A stretch of 64,000 nucleotides of DNA, taken from positions 512,001 through 576,000 of the forward strand of contig CBDCTH010000012.1 of the NCBI GenBank assembly GCA_965222155.1, in the 5' to 3' direction. Both the position numbers and the translations under genes were made by a program. Every line of letters begins with the position of its first letter. Position 1 is the first letter of the stretch. A model generated the notes under the pieces. That model was given only the letters and a program-made list of their open reading frames with translations, was not told the origin of the DNA and did no database searches. The DNA comes from Gammaproteobacteria bacterium. GTDB lineage: Bacteria; Pseudomonadota; Gammaproteobacteria; Eutrophobiales; Eutrophobiaceae. Positions 42,129 through 51,281 of the stretch are shown piece by piece.

Positions 42129-42274
42129 TTGGAGATAACCGGAGTAGTTTGGCTGGTCAAACTAACCGCGGTCGCTTCTTAAGCGTATTCTTCGTCTATA
42201 CAGAGGATAAACAAGCTATCATCGTTTCAGTCCGGGACATGTCATAGAAAGAAAGGAGAAGATATGCCAGCTAA
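42129..42274 (+). pseudogene. BrnT-like toxin remnant
   Basis: AAGGAG RBS and LEITGVVWL, then a frame change to GQTNRGRFLSVFF..IVSVRDMS*KERRRY (internal deletion plus stop codon). Confidence 0.7.
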
Positions 42275-42566
42275 AACACCCATTTCAAATGCCGACACGT
42301 ACCAGGATATTGGGGCGTTTTGGGATAAACACGATGCTACCGAGTTCGGACAACAAACCAACGCTGAATTTCAGGTGGGTATATCATCGCAACGCAGATA
42401 CTACCCATTAGACCGGGATCTTTCTGTTGAGATTAGGCGAATTGCTGAGCAACAAGGAGTTAGTCAAGAAACACTGCTGAATATCTGGGTTCAAGAAAAA
42501 ATCGATCAAATTCAAATTGCCAACCAAGACCACAGCCTGACAAAAGATTCCAGCGGACGCTCCTGA
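42264..42566 (+). CDS. CopG/BrnA-like antitoxin
   Basis: IGAFWDKHD and RHH-like IAEQQGVSQETLLNIWVQEK; overlaps the toxin remnant. Confidence 0.75.
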   Translation: MPAKTPISNADTYQDIGAFWDKHDATEFGQQTNAEFQVGISSQRRYYPLDRDLSVEIRRIAEQQGVSQETLLNIWVQEKIDQIQIANQDHSLTKDSSGRS

Positions 42567-42594
42567 CGTCGCGCCGCTGCACCAAACATTACGT
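42535..42594 (+). other. Degenerate integron attC-like site
   Basis: GCCTGAC..CAGCGGACGC..GCGCCGCTG..ATTACGT, 60 bp; both R boxes carry one mismatch to consensus. Confidence 0.55.
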
Positions 42595-42605
42595 ATTACT
42601 CTAAC

Positions 42606-43163
42606 ATGAATGGAAACTCAAATTTCACTATTGTCAGCGATCAGTCGGAGAACGACGTTGACGCCAACGGAGCTCATCTCAAGATGGTCGAAGCGGCAGT
42701 CATCCGCGATGTGACGGAGGGCATCATTCCCGACCGGTTGGACGGGATGCCCCAGCTTCCTTTCAACCTGATGAAATCGGAGCAACTGGTCTGGCTGATT
42801 GAGGACGTTGAGTACTATCAGGTCAAAATTCGGCGGGAACGGCGGGGTATGTCTCGCGGACTCAGCATCCGGATCGTCAAGGGCCTTTACTATCGGCCCA
42901 GCGTCTTCAAAAGCCGGACGATAGAAACTGAGGAACAGCTCTACGCTGATACCGGACTGCTCGGCATAACCAGCAAGCATATTTACTTTCACGGACTACG
43001 CAAGCGTTTCCGCATCCGCCTCGACCGGATAGTGTCCTTTGAACCGTATAGCGATGGGATCGGCATAACGCGCGACACCCAAAACGCTTTGCCGGAAACT
43101 TTCATTACCGGTGACGGCTGGTTTCTCTACAACCTGGTGGCCAATCTGGCGCAGCAGTGTTAG
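42606..43163 (+). CDS. Hypothetical protein, possibly N-terminally truncated
   Basis: 185 aa ORF; DTGLLGITSKHIYF suggests a PH-like beta domain (inference). Confidence 0.6.
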   Translation: MNGNSNFTIVSDQSENDVDANGAHLKMVEAAVIRDVTEGIIPDRLDGMPQLPFNLMKSEQLVWLIEDVEYYQVKIRRERRGMSRGLSIRIVKGLYYRPSVFKSRTIETEEQLYADTGLLGITSKHIYFHGLRKRFRIRLDRIVSFEPYSDGIGITRDTQNALPETFITGDGWFLYNLVANLAQQC

Positions 43164-43323
43164 TCCGCTTTTCTCAACGATTATGGATGAATTTGAAGGT
43201 CTGATTGATACCGGATTTGCCTCGGTGAAATCCGGCGACGTGGGCTATCCGGAAGCGTTCAACAAGGCGCATATCGAGTACCCGCTTAAATAAACCCTGC
43301 CATCCCTCTGGCGGGGTCGGTGG

Positions 43324-43662
43324 CTATGTGAAGAGGGAGTTCAGAAAAGGCAATACCTCAACAGCTATAATCAGTCCGACCATCCATTTTAAAACCAGTG
43401 AATCGGCCTTCAATGCTCCTATATCGGCCTTCACTGTCACCATATCGGCCTTCAATGCTCCTATATCGGCCTTCAATGCTCCTATATCGGCCTTCAATGC
43501 CCCTATATCGACCTTCACTGCCATGATATCCGACTTTGTTGCGAGGTTCTGATTCATAGCATGGTTTATCGTCGTTACTATCGCCTCGGCCTGTGTGTCG
43601 TTTAAGCCTGAGTTCGTCATGGCCTTGACCGCTTGGTGAGTATCAAATATTGCTGTATTCAT
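43324..43662 (-). CDS. DUF1640/CCDC90-like coiled-coil membrane-anchored protein
   Basis: FDTH..QAEAI..LATKSD, heptad repeats and C-terminal KWMVG TM segment. Confidence 0.75.
   Translation of the reverse strand: MNTAIFDTHQAVKAMTNSGLNDTQAEAIVTTINHAMNQNLATKSDIMAVKVDIGALKADIGALKADIGALKADMVTVKADIGALKADSLVLKWMVGLIIAVEVLPFLNSLFT
43402..43527. repeat. Six 21-bp tandem repeats (KADIGAL heptads)
   Basis: ATCGGCCTTCAATGCTCCTAT units. Confidence 0.92.
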
Positions 43663-43775
43663 TAATTCCTGGCTCCTTTTTTGTCCTGGCTGACTACAAG
43701 AATATAGCGCCATCATTTCATAAATGCGTTGCAGGAAAGCATAGCAGGAGCAATGACGGAGTCAAGCGATATAGC

Positions 43776-43835
43776 CGGGAGTCAGCCGTTCCTGCTAACT
43801 CCCGGGAACGATGGCATCTTGCCCTCACTCCCGGG
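43776..43835. repeat. REP-like family D copy
   Basis: Inverted relative to 25941-25979. Confidence 0.65.
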
Positions 43836-43931
43836 TACAACAGTGGCTAAAACCTGTCTTCAGACGTTGCAGCTACCCTGTACTCAACAGTATTCATCGC
43901 ACAGCGCCGCCATTAGCGGGAACTGCTGATC

Positions 43932-43941
43932 GCAAGCTTGC
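43932..43941. promoter_or_regulatory. GCAAGCTTGC palindrome upstream of cas6
   Basis: Same core as 46345 and 56592; TAAGAT -10-like hexamer at 43970. Confidence 0.5.
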
Positions 43942-44081
43942 CACCTGTTGCCGCGACAATGATTCACTGTAAGATAAATGCAGGACAAGGCTTTTGCCAT
44001 TATTATTCTCATAGCCTGTGCAATTTCAGGTCAAACAACTCCGGATAAACAGCTGTGGTGTGTAGTAAATGAGAGACTTCC

Positions 44082-45038
44082 ATGAATGCAACATTATTAA
44101 TTGAACCCCGATTACCGCTGGCATACTACCGGTTCAGGTTCCGTACAGAGGAACCAATACATTTGCCGAGCTACTCCGGTTCCGCCTGGCGCGGCGTATT
44201 CGGCCACAGCCTGAAAAAACTGGTCTGCGTTACCCGTGAACCACACTGTGAACCCTGCCTGTTGTACCGCAGCTGTATTTATCCCTATATCTTTGAAACA
44301 CCGCCCGACCCCGGCGTCGGCAAACTGCGCAAATACAATGCTGCGCCGCATCCGTTCGTACTGTGCCCGGGCGCTACCATGCGTGGTGAGCTGTCGGCGG
44401 ATACCGAGCACAGTCTGGACGTAACGCTGTTCGGGCACGGTAACCGTCATCTTCCCTATATCATTCATGCGCTTGGCCAGGCCGGGCAGCGCGGCATCGG
44501 GAAACAACGCGGAACGCTCGAATTGTTTGAAGTCCGGCAACGAGTACAGGAGACATGGCTTTCCATCTACCAGCCTGGCGGGACCTTACAACCTCATCCT
44601 GCAGCATGTGTCAGCCTGCCGGATTGCCCGGCGTCGTTGCAAATCCGGTTCCTGACACCCTTGCGTATAAAAGCCGGCGAGCGCCTCGTCACGCCGGACA
44701 ACTTTACTTTCAAGACCCTGTTTTCTACCCTGCTGCGGCGTATTTCCCTGCTCACTGCATTTCATACCGACACTCCACTGGAAACCGACTTTGCTGCGCT
44801 GACCCAGGCTGCCAGGGTGATGCCCGTGACGAATCATGACTTGCGCTGGCACGATTGGACCCGTTATTCCAGCCGGCAGGACAGCCTGATGCAGCTTGGC
44901 GGGCTGTTGGGCACGGTTGTTTTTGAGCACGACCAGCTTGCGCCTTTCTGGCCCTATCTCTGGCTCGGCCAGTGGACTCACACCGGCAAAAATACCAGCA
45001 TGGGTCTGGGCAAGTATGAAATCATCGAGGTAGTTTAA
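44082..45038 (+). CDS. cas6: CRISPR pre-crRNA endoribonuclease Cas6
   Basis: GSAWRGVFG, Cys cluster and C-terminal G-loop HTGKNTSMGLG. Confidence 0.93.
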   Translation: MNATLLIEPRLPLAYYRFRFRTEEPIHLPSYSGSAWRGVFGHSLKKLVCVTREPHCEPCLLYRSCIYPYIFETPPDPGVGKLRKYNAAPHPFVLCPGATMRGELSADTEHSLDVTLFGHGNRHLPYIIHALGQAGQRGIGKQRGTLELFEVRQRVQETWLSIYQPGGTLQPHPAACVSLPDCPASLQIRFLTPLRIKAGERLVTPDNFTFKTLFSTLLRRISLLTAFHTDTPLETDFAALTQAARVMPVTNHDLRWHDWTRYSSRQDSLMQLGGLLGTVVFEHDQLAPFWPYLWLGQWTHTGKNTSMGLGKYEIIEVV

Positions 45039-45066
45039 CTCGACTCATCCCCTGAACGACAATACC

Positions 45067-46338
45067 ATGGAAGCCGTAATGAAATATACTGATAGCGCAA
45101 TAAAGCCTGTACCGGAAAACAGAAATCCGGTGTCTGTATTGGAAAGTGGTAATCCGGTATCCAATGCAGGTTCAGCCAGCGCGCCGGGAGGTTTTGAAAA
45201 ACGCATTTTACTGTGTGTGGCAGGTTTATCGCCGCAGGTGATTACCGAGTCGCTTTATGCACTGGCAACACGGGAAGACAAATTCATCCCGACGGAAATT
45301 CATATCATTACCACCGCCGAAGGCGCCGGCAGGATACACCTGACCCTGTTTGAGGACGACCAGGAAGAACAACATTTTTACCGGCTCTGCGCTGATCTCG
45401 ACCTCAACCCCATGGACATCCGCTTCAACGCTGACACCATCCACCGGATAGGCCGTCAGCCAGACGACAATACACCCCTGTCTGCGTGTCCCGCACAGGC
45501 AGGACTGGACGACATCCGCAGTATCGGCGACAACGAGGCCGCGGCCGATACCATCACCGCCATCGTGCGCGACCTGACCGCCGACCCGCAAGCAGCCATC
45601 CATGCTTCTATCGCCGGTGGCCGTAAGACCATGGGCTTCTACCTGGGCTATGCCATGAGCTTGTTCGGACGTGAGCAGGACCGTTTATCCCACGTGCTGG
45701 TATCCCCACCGTTCGAATCGCACAATCAGTTCTACTACCCACCCAAAAAACCGAAAGTGTTGCGGGACAGGAACGACCGCCCGATACATACTCGTGATGC
45801 TGAAATCACATTGGCAGACATCCCTTTTGTACGACTACGGGGGCACTTGGACAAGGGCATACTCGGCGGAAGCATGAGTTATTCCGAAACCGTTTCCCGA
45901 ACACAGCACAACGTTAATCCGCCAAAGCTGATACTCGACAGCACCAACAAAACAATACAGTGTGGTGGTTACTCCATCCCCCTCGCTCCCAGCCTTTTTG
46001 CCTTTTATACCTGGTTTGCCCGGCGTCTGTTGGCGGGCAAACCGGGCATACACTGGAGCCAGGACGGGCTAGAAGAAGAATACCTCGAAGAATATGCCCG
46101 CATTGTTGGTGAGCACAGCGCGGAATATGATAATGCCTGTGTCAGCTTAAAAAAAGGCATGGACGAGGATTTCATTGACCCGAAAACAAGCAAGATCAAC
46201 AAACAGCTTGAAGAAACCTTAGGCAAGGAACCCGCCAGGCCTTACCTGATCAGTAAAACGGGTATTAAACCCGGAACTCGATACGGCTTGAAAGGTTTAA
46301 CGCTGAAAAAGGAGCAGGTACGATTTCTGGAGGAATGA
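45067..46338 (+). CDS. NE0113-family CARF protein (Csm6/Csx1-like, candidate ring nuclease) with probable C-terminal winged HTH
   Basis: GLSPQVITESLYAL, DDIR, SIAGGRKTMG and DRLSHVLV; no convincing HEPN domain seen. Confidence 0.85.
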   Translation: MEAVMKYTDSAIKPVPENRNPVSVLESGNPVSNAGSASAPGGFEKRILLCVAGLSPQVITESLYALATREDKFIPTEIHIITTAEGAGRIHLTLFEDDQEEQHFYRLCADLDLNPMDIRFNADTIHRIGRQPDDNTPLSACPAQAGLDDIRSIGDNEAAADTITAIVRDLTADPQAAIHASIAGGRKTMGFYLGYAMSLFGREQDRLSHVLVSPPFESHNQFYYPPKKPKVLRDRNDRPIHTRDAEITLADIPFVRLRGHLDKGILGGSMSYSETVSRTQHNVNPPKLILDSTNKTIQCGGYSIPLAPSLFAFYTWFARRLLAGKPGIHWSQDGLEEEYLEEYARIVGEHSAEYDNACVSLKKGMDEDFIDPKTSKINKQLEETLGKEPARPYLISKTGIKPGTRYGLKGLTLKKEQVRFLEE

Positions 46339-46344
46339 CAGAAG

Positions 46345-46395
46345 CGGCAAGCTTGCCGAATGTAAAAAACGAATCCCTTTTATAATAGTATGAGC
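46345..46395 (+). promoter_or_regulatory. CGGCAAGCTTGCCG palindrome plus TATAAT promoter of the cmr operon
   Basis: Perfect 14-bp palindrome at 46345-46358; TATAAT at 46381. Confidence 0.7.
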
Positions 46396-46458
46396 ACAAG
46401 CGGTCGAAATAACGGTTATATGCACGAGAATACCTGACATGGCAGACTCACAAAAAAT

Positions 46459-47598
46459 ATGCCCTCTGGAGCAGTCATAATGCAGAAGATGAAATACAAA
46501 GTCAGGTTTCTGACACCGGCATTTCTTGGCAACGCCGAGCAGAACGGTCAGTGGCGCACGCCACCGTTCAAGGCGTTGCTGCGACAGTGGTGGCGGGTGG
46601 CGGTGGCAAAGGAAGTTAGCTATGACTATACGCGGCTTCGTGAGCGAGAAGGCCGGTTATTCGGGCACGCTTGGCTCAAGGACGACAAAGGAAAAAGCTG
46701 GGCGTCGAAGAGCCAAGTTCGTCTACGCCTTGAACCTTGGTTGGCCGGCAGGATGACTAATGAAAAATGGCCGGGTGGACGAATCGAGAAGATAATAACG
46801 ACGCGCGATGGGAAAGGAAAGGTTCGAAGCGATCTATATCTTGGCTTTGGCCCGGTTCTGCCTAGTAAGAGAGACAACCGGAAAGATATTGAGTTGGCCC
46901 ACAATGCGATTGATGTGGATACAACGGCGACATTGCAGATATTATCCGAAGCACTGCCTGATGAACACCACTTCCTGTGTGACACCATTCAGTTGATTCA
47001 TTGGTTCGGAGCACTTGGATCTCGGAGTCGCAACGGCTGGGGTTCGCTCATTCTTGAGGGGCCTGCTATCGACCCAGCAAGCCGAATGATTGACACATCG
47101 CTACTTTCCCGTGTAACTCAATATTGGAAGGAATGCTTACATACCGATTGGGCGAACGCGATAGGTTGTGACGAACATGGTCCTTTGATCTGGGTGACCG
47201 GCCCAGTGAAGGATTGGCAGGCAGTGGTGAAGGAGTTTGCCTCACACCTCGTGAGCGTGCGTCGTGTAGCGAAGGACTTTCATCCGCGTGGGCAGGCTAA
47301 TGGTCTTCACGGTATTCATCTGCTCGGATACCCAGCGGGTAGCCGGTGGCAACTAAGCGCTTGGGGGAACGATGGGCGCCTTGCCAGCCCGTTACGGTTC
47401 AAAGTGATCGCTTGGGATGAGGGTCTTCTTCGGGGGATGATCTTCCACATTCCCTGCAACATTCCGGAATCGTTGAGGGACAAACTTGGGAACACCGGGC
47501 AGGATTGGTTGACAAAGAACCAAGAAGCGGTTTGGGCACAGGTGCATGAAAAGCTGGATAACTCACCGAGGCTTATCAGAATGAGTCAACCAGGATGA
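46459..47598 (+). CDS. cmr1: Type III-B RAMP Cmr1
   Basis: FLTPAFLG, LLRQWWR and GALGSRSRNGWGS; start may be 46480. Confidence 0.88.
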   Translation: MPSGAVIMQKMKYKVRFLTPAFLGNAEQNGQWRTPPFKALLRQWWRVAVAKEVSYDYTRLREREGRLFGHAWLKDDKGKSWASKSQVRLRLEPWLAGRMTNEKWPGGRIEKIITTRDGKGKVRSDLYLGFGPVLPSKRDNRKDIELAHNAIDVDTTATLQILSEALPDEHHFLCDTIQLIHWFGALGSRSRNGWGSLILEGPAIDPASRMIDTSLLSRVTQYWKECLHTDWANAIGCDEHGPLIWVTGPVKDWQAVVKEFASHLVSVRRVAKDFHPRGQANGLHGIHLLGYPAGSRWQLSAWGNDGRLASPLRFKVIAWDEGLLRGMIFHIPCNIPESLRDKLGNTGQDWLTKNQEAVWAQVHEKLDNSPRLIRMSQPG

Positions 47599-50500
47599 GC
47601 AGGCAGGACAAAATGACACTCTGGCATGCCAAACTTGCTGCCTGGACGCACGACCCGGCGGAGAAGGCGTTAGTTCTGCTGCGCGACCCCGCAGGCCACG
47701 AGTGGGGAACAGTCGCGGACCTCAGGGAGAGAATCTTCGGCCAACGGGACATCCCGCCGACATTGAAGAGCATAGTCGAGCGAGCTGATCACTGGGCCGC
47801 CGCGGCAGATCGCCCCCAATGGCCTCGTGATGAAAAGGACGGGCGTTATGTGCAGTGGGCGCGGGTTCGTTTCACTGAGAAACCGATACTCATACATCCC
47901 CTGTCAGGGGAAGATCTCGAGCTTGAAAAGCTATCAGATATTCCCGTCGAACATATCAAGGCAGTCAGCCGAGACCACTTTTCTAAACTGATCGATAGTG
48001 AGAAGAACGAGAAGAAAACCGCGTTGGCATTCTGGCGCTTCGGCCCGATGCTTAGAAAAACGAATGGGCAGCAGCCAGATGAACTCGGCGAGTTTTGGGG
48101 ACTTCTGCCTGCTGACACACGAATACCGGACCACACGATCTGGCAGCACCTGGACCTTACTGCGGCGTTTGCTACAGCCTTTCATGCCGATAAGAACAAC
48201 AACCCCGCGCTGCTGGCGGTCAGTTTCGGTCCGGTGCAGGAATTCATCGCCCAGGCGCGCACCACGTCCGATCTCTGGGCCGGGTCTCACCTGCTCTCCC
48301 GCATCGCATGGGAAGGGATCAAAGTGGTCTGCACCGAATATGGTCCTGATGCGGTGCTATTTCCTCAGTTGCGCGGCATTCCACAGGTGGACCTTTGGCT
48401 GCAGAACGAGATGAAACTTCCGAAGGACTGGTTCAAAGACGAAGAATGGAGAAAAGGTACCACTGATTCCAATCCGCTGTTTGCGGCAGCGTTGCCGAAC
48501 CGGTTTGTTGTGTTGGTGCCTGCTTCGGCGGCTACAGAGTTGGCGAAGTGCATCACTACGACGGTCCGTGATTGGGTGATTAGCAAAGGCAATGAAGCAC
48601 TCGACAAGTTACTTAAACGGGCGTGTATTTCTGACACTAACGTCCAGGAAGTATACGATCAGATTAAGGCGCAACTCACTGGCTTCCCGGAAGTCCACTG
48701 GACAGTTGTGCCGTGGTGCCCATTGATTGGCGACAGCGGTGGTGTACCGGATGTTACCAGTTTGTATGGCGTACTGAAGACGTTCCATGGAGAAGAGACG
48801 TCTCAGGGCTTTCTCGACTCGAATGCTTGGAAGCTGCTCTCCCGCGAGCTGACAGCCAATGGGCAGCGTTTCTATATGCCTAACGCCGGCGTTCTCTACC
48901 CCGCGCTGTATGATCTCCTCGACCGTTCGCAGGCGGCTGCGAAGTCCGTACGCACGTTCCGGCAGTTGGCTCAAAAGGGCTACCGCTGCTCGCTGTGCGG
49001 TGAACGGGAATGGCTCACCCATGATCGGGAACTTCTGAATCTGCCGCCGGGAAAGCGTCGCGAAGCGGGCAGCCTCTGGTGGAAACTGCAAGACACTAGC
49101 TGGGCTCGAAAAGGTGAGCATCTTTGCGCACTTTGCACCCTGAAGCGATTGTGGCCCAACCTCTACTGTGACGAAACCGCTGAGGCTCTTAACATCCATC
49201 TAACTCGTTTCGTCGTGTCCACTCACACGATGGCCCTTGCTACCAGCTTGGAACGGTGGTTGGAGCAACAGAATCGGAAGCGCCTGCCTGAACGATGGCT
49301 TAGCCAGTTAGAACCGCTGTCCCGTCAGAGAACCGTGGCGTTACCCCGCAAGCTCGCAAAACGCTTACTCGACGATGACCCAAATATACGCGCTATGCTT
49401 CGGGGGCTACCGCTCTTCCTCGAGGACCGCGACGAAGAGTCGCAGAGCGATGAATCCGATGACCGAGACAAAACAGAAATGCTTACCAGGGAACTCGACT
49501 GTGAGCTAAAAAAGGTGCTCGGTCACAAACCGGAAGCCTACTACGCGATGATTCTCATGGATGGCGACCGTATGGGCGCGTGGTTGTCCGGTCAGGGCGA
49601 GGACGGAGAACGCTATCGGTTGCCGTTCGAATGCGCTTGGCATCCTCAGCTACGCACCAGGCTCAGGGGCCGCCATGCAAAGGATGATCTAGCGACATAT
49701 CTTAGTGAAAAGCGTCCCGTCTCACCAGCCCGTCATATGGCGATTTCAAGCTCGCTCAACGGATTCGCTCTACATATCGCTCGCTACATCATCGAGGATG
49801 TTGGTAAAGGTAAGCTGATTTATGCTGGTGGTGACGACGTGCTGGCTATGGTCTCCGTGGACGACTTGTTGGCAATCATGTTCCTGTTGCGACTCGCTTA
49901 TAGTGGCATCTCTCCAATCGAATACGAGGATAAGTTACAACTTGAGAAACTAACCGGTCTATCATCCAGTCGTTTCGACCTTCGTCGTGGGTATGTGACA
50001 CTTGACGATAAGCTGTATCGCATGATGGGGAACCGGGCCACTGCCTCTGCCGGCGCCGTGGTCGCTCACCATAAGGCACCTCTCGGTTTCGTGCTTCGCA
50101 AGTTACGGGAGGCGGAGCAGCGGGCGAAGAAAGACGGCGGGCGCGATGCCTTTGCTATTTCGTTGCTCAAGCGTTCCAGCGGTGCAACTCAGCTTATCTG
50201 CCCTTGGTTCATGCCACAATTGAGTAAACTCGCGGGCGGGCAGAAGGCTATGCACAATCCGGAAGAAACTCCTATGGGTCAACTCATCCTGTTGCGCGAT
50301 CGGTTCGCGAGCCAAACGTTCTCTCGTCGCGCCGCGTACCTCACCCAGGGCTGGCTGACCGAAACTCCCGAATCCGCACTCAGTGCCATGCTCGGTTACC
50401 AGTTCAAGCAACAGACCATCGGCGACGAGGCTGACAAGCAAGATGCCGAGTCCGTCGGTAAGACTATCGGGGAACTGGCTATCGCCATCAATGCGTCGTC

Positions 50501-50633
50501 GAGTGGCCGGGAAACCGAGAGCGGCTATCACCGGCGAGAATTACGGCTTCGGTCCTTCATTGAAGATTTTCTTGCCGTTGCCGAGTTTCTTGCCCGAGAA
50601 GGGCGAACGAAAGCCCCGGTGACGAGGGAGTAA
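47595..50633 (+). CDS. cas10: Type III-B Cas10/Cmr2
   Basis: THDP, SDLWAGSHLLS, CSLCGE, DGDRMG and YAGGDD cyclase motif. Confidence 0.96.
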   Translation: MSRQDKMTLWHAKLAAWTHDPAEKALVLLRDPAGHEWGTVADLRERIFGQRDIPPTLKSIVERADHWAAAADRPQWPRDEKDGRYVQWARVRFTEKPILIHPLSGEDLELEKLSDIPVEHIKAVSRDHFSKLIDSEKNEKKTALAFWRFGPMLRKTNGQQPDELGEFWGLLPADTRIPDHTIWQHLDLTAAFATAFHADKNNNPALLAVSFGPVQEFIAQARTTSDLWAGSHLLSRIAWEGIKVVCTEYGPDAVLFPQLRGIPQVDLWLQNEMKLPKDWFKDEEWRKGTTDSNPLFAAALPNRFVVLVPASAATELAKCITTTVRDWVISKGNEALDKLLKRACISDTNVQEVYDQIKAQLTGFPEVHWTVVPWCPLIGDSGGVPDVTSLYGVLKTFHGEETSQGFLDSNAWKLLSRELTANGQRFYMPNAGVLYPALYDLLDRSQAAAKSVRTFRQLAQKGYRCSLCGEREWLTHDRELLNLPPGKRREAGSLWWKLQDTSWARKGEHLCALCTLKRLWPNLYCDETAEALNIHLTRFVVSTHTMALATSLERWLEQQNRKRLPERWLSQLEPLSRQRTVALPRKLAKRLLDDDPNIRAMLRGLPLFLEDRDEESQSDESDDRDKTEMLTRELDCELKKVLGHKPEAYYAMILMDGDRMGAWLSGQGEDGERYRLPFECAWHPQLRTRLRGRHAKDDLATYLSEKRPVSPARHMAISSSLNGFALHIARYIIEDVGKGKLIYAGGDDVLAMVSVDDLLAIMFLLRLAYSGISPIEYEDKLQLEKLTGLSSSRFDLRRGYVTLDDKLYRMMGNRATASAGAVVAHHKAPLGFVLRKLREAEQRAKKDGGRDAFAISLLKRSSGATQLICPWFMPQLSKLAGGQKAMHNPEETPMGQLILLRDRFASQTFSRRAAYLTQGWLTETPESALSAMLGYQFKQQTIGDEADKQDAESVGKTIGELAIAINASSSGRETESGYHRRELRLRSFIEDFLAVAEFLAREGRTKAPVTRE

Positions 50634-50637
50634 TGCA

Positions 50638-50922
50638 ATGCATCCGTTGATTGAAGCGCATCGTGCAGAAATTTTAGCCTTGGCTAAGCGCCGTGGCATT
50701 AATAATGTGCGAGTGTTCGGTTCCATGGCCAGGGGCGACGCGGATGAAGCCAGTGATGTGGACCTGCTGGTATCTATTCCTCGCAACAAGAGCGGCCTCG
50801 CGCTTGGCGGGCTGCTCATGGATGTTCAGGAGTTGGTGCAACGCCGAGTGGATATAGTAAGTGACCAGGGCTTGCATCCGGCTCTACGCGAACGCATACT
50901 TTCCGAGGCTGTACCACTATGA
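50638..50922 (+). CDS. Minimal nucleotidyltransferase (MntA-type antitoxin)
   Basis: FGSMARGDADEASDVDLL matches GSx10DxD. Confidence 0.92.
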   Translation: MHPLIEAHRAEILALAKRRGINNVRVFGSMARGDADEASDVDLLVSIPRNKSGLALGGLLMDVQELVQRRVDIVSDQGLHPALRERILSEAVPL

Positions 50923-51281
50923 GATCTGCTGCCGAATCCGACAAAGTCTTGCTAATTCATATTCAGAGTAGTATTGAAAACATTCGCCAGTACACTGGCG
51001 TAAAACGGGATACTTTCTTCGGTTCGCAGTTGGTCCAGGATGCAGTGCTGCGTAACCTTCAGACGCTCGCCGAATCTACGCAACGACTCAGTAAGCCACT
51101 CAAGGCCACGGAACCAGGCATTCCGTGGCAGGAGATAGCCGGTTTTCGAAACGTACTTACGCATAGTTATCTGGGTCTTGATCTTGACGTGATATGGAAT
51201 GTACTGGAACATGATCTGGATGCATTGTCCGAGGCCGTTGAGCGCATGACGCAGTTTATCGAGGGAGACGTTTCTTCGTGA
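50919..51281 (+). CDS. HEPN/DUF86 ribonuclease toxin (HepT-type)
   Basis: IPWQEIAGFRNVLTHSY matches Rx4HxY; ATGA overlap with the MNT gene. Confidence 0.92.
   Translation: MRSAAESDKVLLIHIQSSIENIRQYTGVKRDTFFGSQLVQDAVLRNLQTLAESTQRLSKPLKATEPGIPWQEIAGFRNVLTHSYLGLDLDVIWNVLEHDLDALSEAVERMTQFIEGDVSS

Noticed and set aside
43402-43527. 21-bp repeats near cas6 as a mini CRISPR array
   Set aside because: They are contiguous, lack spacers and encode in-frame heptads
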